From assembly GCA_019310965.1 (NCBI GenBank), contig JAFDDG010000008.1, positions 2,153 to 66,152 of the forward strand: DNA of 64,000 nt, written 5' to 3'. This document shows positions 48,812 through 57,922 of the stretch, piece after piece. The notes beneath the pieces are model-generated. The model made no database searches, had not been told where the DNA came from, and saw only the letters and a list, made by a program, of their open reading frames with translations. Position numbers and translations under genes: made by a program. Positions within the stretch are counted from its first letter, which is position 1; the number at the start of each line of letters is the position of its first letter. The stretch is from Deltaproteobacteria bacterium. GTDB lineage: Bacteria; Myxococcota_A; UBA9160; SMWR01.

Positions 48812-49332
48812 GCTCCGCGCTCCTCGGTCACGAAGTGGAAGCCGCCCCACCACGCGTCGAAGACAGGCTCCACCTCCGCGAAGCGCGGCCCGGCCGCGGC
48901 CAGGACCAGATCGAAGCTGCACTTGCGCGCCACCAGCGTGATGGTCTTGAGCCGCACGGGATGCCCGGCGTTGGAGGTGTCGACCACCTGCAGCCAGCCG
49001 CTGCTGCCGGCAATCGCGACCGGATGGGTCTCGACGACATTCCGTTCCGCCAACCCGATGAGCAGGTGCCGCGCCATCAGCTGCACCCCGGCGACGGGCC
49101 TGCCACAGCGCGATGTCAGGGTCACGGTATCGGCCTGCGGACTGCGAAACGCCAGGGTCGCTCCCTCGACCTCGACGCGTGCCCAGGCGCCCTCGGTGCC
49201 ACCGGGCGCCGACACCGCGTAGCCGTGAGCGCGGTGGCGGTAGAGCCCTCCCGACTGAACGACCGGCCCCACGCAACCCGCCGCGAGTGCGACGAGGAGC
49301 CACGGATGGGTGCGGCGAATGACGGCCCGCAT
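48808..49332 (-). CDS. Hypothetical lipoprotein, first gene of the mla operon
   Basis: Lipobox LAAGC after a basic N-terminus. GTGA-coupled to mlaE. No family recognised. Confidence 0.5.
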   Translation of the reverse strand: MRAVIRRTHPWLLVALAAGCVGPVVQSGGLYRHRAHGYAVSAPGGTEGAWARVEVEGATLAFRSPQADTVTLTSRCGRPVAGVQLMARHLLIGLAERNVVETHPVAIAGSSGWLQVVDTSNAGHPVRLKTITLVARKCSFDLVLAAAGPRFAEVEPVFDAWWGGFHFVTEERGA

Positions 49333-49409
49333 AGCCGGGACAGGCTACCGGATTCCGTCGCCGCCCGGCGCGCTTGACGAGCGCGCCCCGCCTCGGTACC
49401 CCGCACGCC

Positions 49410-50003
49410 ATGCCGGCGCTCCCTCTCATTCTCGCCAGCGCCTCCCCCCGCCGGCGCGAGCTCCTCGCCCGCGCCGGCGTCGCCTTCGAGGTGCTGCCGG
49501 CGGAAATCCCCGAGCAGCGAGACCCTGGCGAAGCACCGGAGGCATTCGCCCGCAGGCTGGCCGAGGCGAAGGCCCGCGCGGTGGCGACACGGCTGGGCGG
49601 CGAACCGCGCCGCTGGGTGTTGGGCGCGGACACGATCGTCGTGCTCGGCGATTCGGTGCTCGGCAAGCCGCGAGATCCCGAGCACGCAGTGGAGCTCCTC
49701 GCGCGGCTGCTGGGCCACACCCACCGGGTGCTGACCGCGGTGAGCCTCATCGCCAGCGATACGGGAGACGCGCGCACCACCCTGGTGGAGAGCCGGGTGC
49801 GCATGCTCGCGGCGAGCGAAGCCGAGGTGCGGGCCTATGTCGCAACCGGCGAATCTCTCGACAAGGCTGGCGCCTACGCCCTCCAGGGCAAAGGGCGCCG
49901 CTTCGTCGCGCAAGTCGAGGGCAGCGAGACCAACGTCATCGGCCTGCCGCTGGAGGAGACGCTGGCACTGCTCGCCGACGCGGAAAGTCGAGCTGCTTCA
50001 TGA
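49410..50003 (+). CDS. maf: Maf-like nucleoside triphosphate pyrophosphatase
   Basis: LILASASPRRRELL, GADT.V, YGIQG-like AYALQGKG. Confidence 0.88.
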   Translation: MPALPLILASASPRRRELLARAGVAFEVLPAEIPEQRDPGEAPEAFARRLAEAKARAVATRLGGEPRRWVLGADTIVVLGDSVLGKPRDPEHAVELLARLLGHTHRVLTAVSLIASDTGDARTTLVESRVRMLAASEAEVRAYVATGESLDKAGAYALQGKGRRFVAQVEGSETNVIGLPLEETLALLADAESRAAS

Positions 50004-50740
50004 GCAACGAGGCCATCGCAACGCGGCTTGCGGCTCTCCGTGCACGCATCGCCGACGCGGCGGCGCGGTCCGGACGCTCGCCCGAGACGATCCGCCTGGT
50101 GGGCGTGTCCAAGCGTCAGCCGCTGGTCAGGATTGCCGCGGCCGTGCGCGCGGGGCTCGACTGCATCGGAGAGAACTACGTGCAGGAGGCCCAGGCGAAG
50201 CTCCCGAAGCTTCGCACAGAGCTCGAGCGACACGGCATCGACCCGCCCCGCTGTCGCTTCATCGGCCAGCTCCAGCGCAACAAGGCCGGCGCCGCCGTCG
50301 AGCTCTTCGACGCGATCGAGACCCTGGACCGCGAGCGCCTCGGCGCCTCCCTCGAGCGCCGCGCGGCCGCCGCCGGGCGAACCCTCGAAGTCCTGCTGCA
50401 GGTCGACGTGAGCGGCGAGCCCGGCAAGGGTGGCTGCGCGCCTGAGGCCCTGCCCTCCCTGCTCGCCGCCTCGCAGCAGTGGCCGCAGCTGCGCGTGACC
50501 GGCCTGATGGCGATTCCGGCACCCGCCGACGATCCGGAGCAGCTGCGCCCGGCATTTTCCCGCTTGCGCGAGCTGCGCGACAGCCTGCAGAGTGCACCGG
50601 GCGGCGAGTCGCTGACGGAGCTCTCCATGGGCATGTCGGCGGACTTCGAGGTCGCGATCGAGGAAGGCGCGACCAGCGTGCGCATCGGCACAGCGCTGTT
50701 TGGCCCCCGCAGCATCTCGCCACACGCAGAAAAGGAGTAG
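50000..50740 (+). CDS. yggS: YggS-family PLP homeostasis protein
   Basis: LVGVSKRQP (PLP lysine), IGENYVQE, SMGMSADFE.AIE.G...VRIG. ATGA overlap with maf. Confidence 0.88.
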   Translation: MSNEAIATRLAALRARIADAAARSGRSPETIRLVGVSKRQPLVRIAAAVRAGLDCIGENYVQEAQAKLPKLRTELERHGIDPPRCRFIGQLQRNKAGAAVELFDAIETLDRERLGASLERRAAAAGRTLEVLLQVDVSGEPGKGGCAPEALPSLLAASQQWPQLRVTGLMAIPAPADDPEQLRPAFSRLRELRDSLQSAPGGESLTELSMGMSADFEVAIEEGATSVRIGTALFGPRSISPHAEKE

Positions 50741-50743
50741 AGC

Positions 50744-51571
50744 ATGTCGTCTGCCGACGTTCGCATCGGGTTTCTCGGCGGGGGCGCCATGGCCGAAGCG
50801 CTGCTCGGCGGGTTGCTCGCCGACGGCATCGACGCGTCGCTGCTGCGCGCGGCCGACCCCGAGCCCGCGCGCCGCAAACACCTGTCCGAGGCGCTCGGCA
50901 TCGCGACCTCTGCCGTCAACGCCGAGGTCGCGGAGGCCTCGGACGTGCTGGTGCTGGCGGTGAAGCCCGGCATGGTGACGCCCGTGCTCGAGTCGCTCGC
51001 GAGTGGCGGATTCGACTGCACGCGGCCGCTCTGGATCTCGATCGCCGCAGGGGTGACGCTCGCCGGCCTCGAGGCCACACTCGGCACCGGGGCCCGGGTG
51101 GTGCGCGCCATGCCGAACACACCCGCACTGGTCGGCGAGGGCGCCACCGGCTTCTGCGGCAACGCCGGAGCCACCGACGCGGATCTGTCCGCGGCGCGCA
51201 GCCTCTTCGAAAGCGTCGGACATGCCTGGGGCGCGCAGAGCGAAGCTCAGCTGGACGCGGTCACGGGCCTGTCCGGCAGTGGCCCGGCCTATCTGTTTGC
51301 CTTTCTCGAGGCCCTGATCGCCGCGGGCGAGGCGGAAGGCCTGCCCCGGGCCGCCTCCGAAGAGCTGGTGCTGCAGACGGCCTTCGGCGCCGCGAAGCTC
51401 GCGCGGGAGAGCGAGCGCGCGCCCGCCGAGCTGCGTCGCCAGGTGAGCTCGCCGGGGGGCACCACGCTGGCGGGCCTGAAGCAGCTCGAAGAACGGGGCT
51501 TTGCAGAGGCCCTGGGTGCCGCGGTGCGAGCCGCCACTCAGCGCGCCGGAGAGCTCGGCCGGGGCGAGTAA
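50744..51571 (+). CDS. proC: Pyrroline-5-carboxylate reductase
   Basis: IGFLGGGAMAEAL, VRAMPNTPA, SSPGGTT. Confidence 0.9.
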   Translation: MSSADVRIGFLGGGAMAEALLGGLLADGIDASLLRAADPEPARRKHLSEALGIATSAVNAEVAEASDVLVLAVKPGMVTPVLESLASGGFDCTRPLWISIAAGVTLAGLEATLGTGARVVRAMPNTPALVGEGATGFCGNAGATDADLSAARSLFESVGHAWGAQSEAQLDAVTGLSGSGPAYLFAFLEALIAAGEAEGLPRAASEELVLQTAFGAAKLARESERAPAELRRQVSSPGGTTLAGLKQLEERGFAEALGAAVRAATQRAGELGRGE

Positions 51572-51651
51572 CGGGCGGCGGCTCCAATGCTAAAGATTCC
51601 GGGCGGTTCGGTCGAACTCTTGCCGTGGGACGAAGGTGCCCCGGAGGAGCC

Positions 51652-52179
51652 ATGCGGATCACACCGCTCGACCTGCGCAATCACAGCTTCGCGCGCCGCT
51701 TCGCCGGCTACGCCCCGGAAGAGGTGGACGAATTCCTACGCCTGGTCGGCGAAGACTACGAAGGCGTGTTGCGGGAGCTCGGCCAGCAGGCCGAGCAGAT
51801 CGCGGGGCTCCAAGTCCAGGTCGAGCATCTCTCGGCCAACGAACAGGTGCTCCAGGACACTCTGACAATGGCTCAGAAGCTCTCGGAAGACCTCAAGCGA
51901 ACAGCCGTAAAAGAGGCCGAAGTCCTCGTGGGAGAAGCGGAAGTCCGCGGCGAGAAGATCCTCGAGGCGGCCCACCGCCGCGCTGCGGCTCTTGCCGGGG
52001 ACATCCGCGAGATGAAGCTGCTGAGGGTGCGCCTGGCTGCGTCGGTACGCAACGCCTTCGAGACCCACCTGCGCCTGCTCGACGGCCTGGCCGAGGAGCC
52101 GCCCGAGGAGCTGGCGACGGAGGGCAAGGTCGCTTATTTGCGACGCACCACGAAGGAGGCCGCCACCGGCGAGGGCTGA
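51652..52179 (+). CDS. divIVA: DivIVA-domain protein
   Basis: MRITPLDLRNHSFARRFAGYAPEEVDEFL is the DivIVA N-terminal signature, followed by coiled coil. RBS GGAGGAG upstream of ATG 51652. Confidence 0.8.
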   Translation: MRITPLDLRNHSFARRFAGYAPEEVDEFLRLVGEDYEGVLRELGQQAEQIAGLQVQVEHLSANEQVLQDTLTMAQKLSEDLKRTAVKEAEVLVGEAEVRGEKILEAAHRRAAALAGDIREMKLLRVRLAASVRNAFETHLRLLDGLAEEPPEELATEGKVAYLRRTTKEAATGEG

Positions 52180-52292
52180 GCGCAGCACTTCGCGCGGTGG
52201 CGACGGCCGTTGGCAACTCGAGAGACCAGCCGTTAGCCTGCCGCCTGCGGCGGAGGTACTCCACCCTCGCCCCGCTGGGAACGAGACACGAG

Positions 52293-52637
52293 ATGCCGAT
52301 CTACGAATACTCCTGCAAGAAGTGCGAGCGCGAATTCGAGGCCGAGCAGCGCATCACGGACGATCCGCTCAAGACCTGCCCTCATTGCCGCTCGCGCAGG
52401 GTGAAGCGGCTGATCTCCCAAACTTCGTTCCTCTTGAAGGGCAGCGGCTGGCACTCGGATCTCTACTCGTCCCCGTCAGGCAAGTCCGACAGCGATGACG
52501 GGAAGTCGGAGTCGGGCGAAACGAAGAACACCGAGAAGAAGACCGGCGACGCGGACAAGAAGAGCTCCAAGTCGAAGGACCAGTCGAGCAAGGACAGCGG
52601 CAAGAGCAAGGGCAAGGGCGGTAAGGCCGCGGCCTGA
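52293..52637 (+). CDS. FmdB-family zinc-ribbon protein with Lys/Ser/Asp-rich tail
   Basis: MPIYEYSCKKCEREFE...CPHC zinc ribbon, then a low-complexity tail of about 55 aa (KSDSDDGKSESGETKNTEKK...). Confidence 0.8.
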   Translation: MPIYEYSCKKCEREFEAEQRITDDPLKTCPHCRSRRVKRLISQTSFLLKGSGWHSDLYSSPSGKSDSDDGKSESGETKNTEKKTGDADKKSSKSKDQSSKDSGKSKGKGGKAAA

Positions 52638-52681
52638 CGCTCCGCTATATTGCGCCCCTGCAGCCACAGGGGCTCCCGAAC

Positions 52682-53551
52682 ATGTCCGCTCCCCCCATCG
52701 AGACGGTCGTCGTCGACGGCCTCGCACTCGCAAACGAGCTGCGCGCGGAGCTTGCGAAGCGCATCGCCGGCCACATCGAAGCGGGACGGCGTCCGCCGAA
52801 GCTGGTGGTCGTATTGGTGGGCGACGATCCCGCCAGCGCCTCCTACATCAAGGGCAAACAGCGCGCGTGCGCGCGCATCGGGATGGACTCCGCGGAGCAT
52901 CACCTGCCCGCGTCGACGAGCCAGAAGCAGCTGCTGGACCTGATCGACACCCTCAACCGCGACACTGGCGTCGACGGCATCCTCGTGCAGCTGCCGCTGC
53001 CCAAAGGCATCAACGCCAACGCCGTGGCCGAAGCCCTCGATCCGGCGAAAGACGTCGATGGCCTGACTCCGATGAACCAGGGGCGCCTGCTGCTCGGCGA
53101 AGCGGGCCATCGCGCGTGCACGCCGCTGGGCGTGATGGAGATCCTGCGCCGCAACGAGATCCCTCTCGAGGGCGCCCTCGCCGTGGTGATCGGGCGCAGC
53201 GCGATCGTCGGCAAGCCCGTATCGCTGCTGCTCCAACAGGCCAACGCCACGGTCACCATGTGCCATTCGCGCACCCGCGATCTGGCCGGCGTGTGCCGGC
53301 AGGCGGACATCATCGTGGCGGCGGTGGGCGTTCCCAGGCTGGTCCAGCGCGATTGGGTGAAGCCCGGCGCGGCGGTCATCGACGTGGGCGTCAGCCAGGT
53401 GGACGGCAAGCTGGTGGGCGACGTCGACACGGACGGCGTGTGCGGGGTCGCGCGCATCGTCACACCGCACCGGCGCGGGGTGGGCCCGATGACGATCACC
53501 CTGCTGCTGTGCAACACCCTGGATGCCTACGAAGCGCGCCTGGCCGGATGA
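52682..53551 (+). CDS. folD: Bifunctional methylenetetrahydrofolate dehydrogenase/cyclohydrolase
   Basis: VGDDPASASYIKGK, GILVQLPLP, GRS.IVGKP, PGGVGPMT-like RRGVGPMT. Confidence 0.95.
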   Translation: MSAPPIETVVVDGLALANELRAELAKRIAGHIEAGRRPPKLVVVLVGDDPASASYIKGKQRACARIGMDSAEHHLPASTSQKQLLDLIDTLNRDTGVDGILVQLPLPKGINANAVAEALDPAKDVDGLTPMNQGRLLLGEAGHRACTPLGVMEILRRNEIPLEGALAVVIGRSAIVGKPVSLLLQQANATVTMCHSRTRDLAGVCRQADIIVAAVGVPRLVQRDWVKPGAAVIDVGVSQVDGKLVGDVDTDGVCGVARIVTPHRRGVGPMTITLLLCNTLDAYEARLAG

Positions 53552-54642
53552 GCGAGCTGCGCCGCACCCCCCTGCACGAGGCCCACCTGCGGCTCGGTGC
53601 CCGCATGGTCGACTTCGCGGGCTTCTCCATGCCCGTCCAGTACGACTCGATCGTCGCCGAGCACCGCGCCGTTCGCGAGGCGGCCGGCCTTTTCGACGTC
53701 TCGCACATGGGCCAGCTCCACCTGGAGGGGCCGTCGGCTCTGGCCAGCGCCGACCGCCTGCTCTCGCGCCGAGTCTCGAATCAACGCGAGGGTCGCGTGC
53801 GCTACGCGCTGCTCTGCAACGAGGCCGGCGGCGTGGTGGACGACGTCACCGCCTACCGCACCGGAGAGTCCGCGCTCTTTCTCTGCGTCAACGCGGCCAA
53901 CGTCGCCAAGGATCACAGCTGGGTGCTGAAGCACGTCGAGGACGGCACGCGAGTGCACGACGCGAGCGATGACACCGGCCTGCTGGCGCTGCAAGGTCCG
54001 GCCAGCGGCGACATCCTCGCGCGGGTGGGGGCCGGAGACGCCAGGCAGCTCAAGCGCTACGCCTTCGCCTCGTTCGAGCTGGCCGGCGCCCGCGCCCTGA
54101 TCTCCCGCACGGGTTACACCGGCTCCGACGGCTACGAGCTCTACCTCGAGGCCGCCGGCAGCGAGCGCGTATTCGAAGCCCTGCTGGCCGAAGGTCAGCG
54201 CGACGGACTCGTCCCTGCAGGCCTCGGCGCCCGCGACACGCTGCGCCTCGAAGCCGCCATGCCCCTGTACGGCCACGAGCTCGACGCCGAGAGTTCGCCC
54301 CTCGAAGCGGGGCTCGATCGTTTCGTCGAGCTCGAGCACGGAGGGTTCATCGGCGCCGAAGCGATCGCGCGCCGCGCGGCGGCGGGCCACGGCCGCGCGC
54401 TGGTGGGCTTCGTGCTCGAGGACCGCGGCGTGGCGCGTGCCGGCTACGAGATCGCCGTCGACGGCACCCGCGTCGGCCGCGTGACCTCCGGAGCCCCCTC
54501 GCCTACCTTGGGCCGGTCGATCGGGCTGGCTTGGGTTCCGCCACATCTCGCGGCACCCGGCTCACGCTTCGACGTCGTGATCCGCGGCCGCGCCACCGCA
54601 GCACAGGCAGTAGAGACCCCGTTCGTCGAGATCGCCGGCTAG
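53548..54642 (+). CDS. gcvT: Glycine cleavage system aminomethyltransferase T
   Basis: TPLHE.H..LGARMVDFAGFSMPVQY, FDVSHMG, TGYTG.DGYE. ATGA overlap with folD. Confidence 0.93.
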   Translation: MSELRRTPLHEAHLRLGARMVDFAGFSMPVQYDSIVAEHRAVREAAGLFDVSHMGQLHLEGPSALASADRLLSRRVSNQREGRVRYALLCNEAGGVVDDVTAYRTGESALFLCVNAANVAKDHSWVLKHVEDGTRVHDASDDTGLLALQGPASGDILARVGAGDARQLKRYAFASFELAGARALISRTGYTGSDGYELYLEAAGSERVFEALLAEGQRDGLVPAGLGARDTLRLEAAMPLYGHELDAESSPLEAGLDRFVELEHGGFIGAEAIARRAAAGHGRALVGFVLEDRGVARAGYEIAVDGTRVGRVTSGAPSPTLGRSIGLAWVPPHLAAPGSRFDVVIRGRATAAQAVETPFVEIAG

Positions 54643-54663
54643 TCCGGCGAGGAGGAAGAGGCG

Positions 54664-55062
54664 TTGGCCGATTACGATTTCCCTGAGAATCTGCGCTATA
54701 GCCGCGAGGACGAGTGGGTGCGCGCCGACGGTAACCGCGTGACCATCGGCATCAGCGACTACGCACAGCAGCAGCTCGGAGACATCGTATTCGTCGAGCT
54801 TCCGGGAGTCGGCACGGCGGTGAGCGCAGGCGAGAGCTTCGGGGTCATCGAGTCGGTGAAGGCCGTCTCGGATCTGTTCGCGCCGCTGAGCGGCACCGTG
54901 GCGGCGCTGAACGAGGCGCTGGCGGATACGCCGGAGCAGGTGAACGAGTCGCCCTACGGCGACGGCTGGATGCTCGAGATCGAAATCGCCGGCGCGGAGG
55001 AGCTCGACACGCTGCTCGACGCCGAGGCCTACGCCGCCTACGTAGCGGAACGCGGTGACTGA
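54664..55062 (+). CDS. gcvH: Glycine cleavage system protein H
   Basis: Lipoyl-lysine context IESVKAVSDL. YS.EDEWV..DG. TTG start after GAGGAGG. Confidence 0.93.
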   Translation: MADYDFPENLRYSREDEWVRADGNRVTIGISDYAQQQLGDIVFVELPGVGTAVSAGESFGVIESVKAVSDLFAPLSGTVAALNEALADTPEQVNESPYGDGWMLEIEIAGAEELDTLLDAEAYAAYVAERGD

Positions 55063-55067
55063 GCGAC

Positions 55068-56408
55068 GTGCGCTACATCCCCCACACCGAGAACGAAATC
55101 CAGCGGATGCTCGACGCCGTCGGCCTGAGCCAGCTCGACGAGCTCTTCGACGCGATCCCGCAGAAGCAACGTCTGGCTCGCCCACTCGACCTGCGCCGCG
55201 CAGTCAGCGAACAGGAGCTGTGGGGCGAGCTGAAGACGCTCGCGGCGCGCAATGCCAGCACCGAGACCCACGACTGCTTCCTCGGCGCCGGCGTCTATCC
55301 GCACTTCACGCCCGCGGTGGTCGACGCGCTGACCTCCCGCTCGGAGTTCACCACCGCGTACACGCCCTATCAGCCGGAGATCAGCCAGGGCACACTGCAG
55401 ACGATCTTCGAGTGGCAGACGATGATCTGCGGCCTCACCGGCTGCGACGTCGCCAACGCTTCGATGTACGACGGCGCCTCGGCGAGCGCCGAAGCCGCCC
55501 TGATGGCCATGCGCGCCACGCGCCGCTCGAAGGTCGTCGTGGCCGCCGGGCTCCACCCGCACTACAGGGACGTGCTGCGCACCTACCTGAACGGCCTGCG
55601 CGCGGAGATCGTCGAAGCGCCGCTGGCCGACGACGGCCGCACGGCGCCTCTGGCCGAGCAGGTCGATGGCGCCACGGCCTGCGTCATCCTGCAGCAGCCG
55701 AACTTCCTGGGAGCGATCGAAGACGTGCGCGCCGCAGCCGAGGCCGCCAGCGCCTGCGGCGCGAAGCTGGCAGTGACCGTCACCGAGGCCCTGTCGCTCG
55801 CGCTGCTGACACCGCCGGGCGAGCTCGGCGCCGACATCGTGTGCGGCGAGGCCCAGAGCTTCGGCGTGCCCATGAGTCTCGGCGGTCCGCACCTGGGCTT
55901 CATGGCCACTCGGCAGAAGCTGCTGCGCCAGCTGCCGGGGCGCCTGGTCGGCGAGACCGTCGATACCGAGGGCCGCCGCGGCTACGTGCTCACCCTGGCG
56001 ACCCGCGAGCAGCACATTCGGCGCGAGAAGGCCACCTCGAACATCTGCACCAATCAGGGCCTGTGCCTGCTGATGGCCACGATCTACCTGTGTCTGCACG
56101 GACGCCGCGGACTGCGAGCGCTGGCGGAGCTGAACCTTGCCAAGGCGGAATACGCGAAGGCAAGGGTGCGCGAGAACCCCGCGCTGTCCTTGCCTCTCGA
56201 GGCCCCGACCTTCAACGAGTTCGTGGTCGGCGTGCCGGACGTGGCGGCCGCACTCGAGCGCGCGCGGGCCGACCGCCTTCTCGGTGGGCTCGACCTGGCG
56301 CCCTACGCCCCGGATCTCGGCCCGGCGCTGCTGGTCTGCACCACGGAGCTGGTCTCGCGGGAGGCCATCGATCGCCTGGTCGCCGCCCTGGCAGGAGACG
56401 CGTCATGA
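55068..56408 (+). CDS. gcvPA: Glycine dehydrogenase (decarboxylating) subunit 1
   Basis: YIPHTE.E...ML, FLGAG.Y.H..P, YTPYQPEISQG. Confidence 0.93.
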   Translation: MRYIPHTENEIQRMLDAVGLSQLDELFDAIPQKQRLARPLDLRRAVSEQELWGELKTLAARNASTETHDCFLGAGVYPHFTPAVVDALTSRSEFTTAYTPYQPEISQGTLQTIFEWQTMICGLTGCDVANASMYDGASASAEAALMAMRATRRSKVVVAAGLHPHYRDVLRTYLNGLRAEIVEAPLADDGRTAPLAEQVDGATACVILQQPNFLGAIEDVRAAAEAASACGAKLAVTVTEALSLALLTPPGELGADIVCGEAQSFGVPMSLGGPHLGFMATRQKLLRQLPGRLVGETVDTEGRRGYVLTLATREQHIRREKATSNICTNQGLCLLMATIYLCLHGRRGLRALAELNLAKAEYAKARVRENPALSLPLEAPTFNEFVVGVPDVAAALERARADRLLGGLDLAPYAPDLGPALLVCTTELVSREAIDRLVAALAGDAS

Positions 56409-57922
56409 GCGATCCGCGAGCACGCATCGGCAACACCGGCACTGGCTTCTCCTACGAGGAGCCCCTGGTCTTCGAGCTCAGCCGCCCCGGCCGCATCGGC
56501 TATTCGCTGCCGGCGTACGATGTGCCCCCGGTCGACGCGGTGCAGATGCTCCCCGACGGCAGCGTGCGCGACGACATCGAGGGCATGCCCGAAGTCTCGG
56601 AGGTCGACGTGGTGCGCCACTTCACGCGCATGTCGACCTGGAACGCCTCCGTCGACCTGGGCCTCTACCCGCTGGGCTCGTGCACGATGAAGTACAACCC
56701 GAAGATCAATGAACGCGCGGCGCGGCTTGGCGGCTTCGCCGACGCCCATCCCCTGCAGCCAGCCAGTGAGCAACAGGGCTTTCTCGAGCTGTGCCACCGG
56801 CTCGAGAATGAGCTGGCCGAGATCTGCGGCATGGATCGCGTAACGCTCCAGCCAGCGGCCGGCGCCCAGGGCGAGCTGGCGGGCATCATGATGATCCGCG
56901 CCTACCACGAGCACCGCGGCGAGCTGCGCAGCAAGATCCTGGTGCCCGACTCGGCCCACGGCACCAACCCGGCCAGCGCGGCACTCAACGGCTACGAGGT
57001 GGTCGCCATTCCTTCCGACGAGGACGGCATTCTCCACCCCGAAGCCATCGAAGCCGTGATGAGCGAAGACGTGGCGGGCCTGATGATCACCAACCCGAGC
57101 ACGCTGGGCCTCTTCGAGGAGCATGTCGTGCGCATCTGCGAGATCGTGCACGCCAAGGGCGGGCTGGTCTACGGCGACGGTGCGAACCTGAACGCGCTGC
57201 TCGGCATCGCCCGTCCCGGCGACCTCGGCATCGACGTGATGCACATCAACCTGCACAAGACCTTCTCCACGCCCCACGGCGGAGGTGGGCCGGGTTCGGG
57301 ACCGGTGGGGGTGAAGAATGTGCTGGCGCCGTACCTGCCCACACCGGTGGTGCGCGAACTCGCCGGCGCCGAAGGCGCGGGCTTCGTCCTCGACTACGAC
57401 CTGCCACAATCGATCGGCCGGCTGCACGCGAACTTCGGCAACGCGGGCATGTTCGTCCGCGCCCACGCCTACATCCGCTCGCTCGGCCCGGACGGGCTCA
57501 AGCGCTGCGCCGAGATGGCGGTGCTGAACGCGAACTACCTGTTGGCACGGCTGCGCACCGCCTACCACGTCCCCTTCGACCGCGCAGTCATGCACGAGTG
57601 CGTGCTCACCGACCGATCACTGCAGGACACCGGCGTTACCACGCTCGATGTCGCCAAACGCCTGATCGACTACGGCTACCACCCGCCGACCATCTACTTC
57701 CCGCTGATCGTGCACGGCGCGATCATGATCGAGCCCACCGAGAGCGAGAGCTTGGACGGCCTCGATCGCTTCGCCGACGCGATGCTCGCCATCGCACAGG
57801 AAGCGCGGGAAGATGCCGACACCGTACGCACCGCACCGCACCACACCCGGCGCTCGCGACTCGACGAAACGAGAGCGGCTCGAAAGCCGATCTTGCGATG
57901 GCAGCCCGCCGCTCGGGACTGA
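56405..57922 (+). CDS. gcvPB: Glycine dehydrogenase (decarboxylating) subunit 2
   Basis: PLGSCTMKYNP, PLP-lysine context NLHKTFSTPHGGGGPG. ATGA overlap with gcvPA. Confidence 0.93.
   Translation: MSDPRARIGNTGTGFSYEEPLVFELSRPGRIGYSLPAYDVPPVDAVQMLPDGSVRDDIEGMPEVSEVDVVRHFTRMSTWNASVDLGLYPLGSCTMKYNPKINERAARLGGFADAHPLQPASEQQGFLELCHRLENELAEICGMDRVTLQPAAGAQGELAGIMMIRAYHEHRGELRSKILVPDSAHGTNPASAALNGYEVVAIPSDEDGILHPEAIEAVMSEDVAGLMITNPSTLGLFEEHVVRICEIVHAKGGLVYGDGANLNALLGIARPGDLGIDVMHINLHKTFSTPHGGGGPGSGPVGVKNVLAPYLPTPVVRELAGAEGAGFVLDYDLPQSIGRLHANFGNAGMFVRAHAYIRSLGPDGLKRCAEMAVLNANYLLARLRTAYHVPFDRAVMHECVLTDRSLQDTGVTTLDVAKRLIDYGYHPPTIYFPLIVHGAIMIEPTESESLDGLDRFADAMLAIAQEAREDADTVRTAPHHTRRSRLDETRAARKPILRWQPAARD

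Noticed and set aside
52638-53560. Expected a glycine riboswitch ahead of gcvT.
   Set aside because: The gcvT ATG overlaps the folD stop, and only 44 nt precede folD. That is no room for the roughly 100-200 nt glycine aptamer, and no matching conserved blocks were seen.
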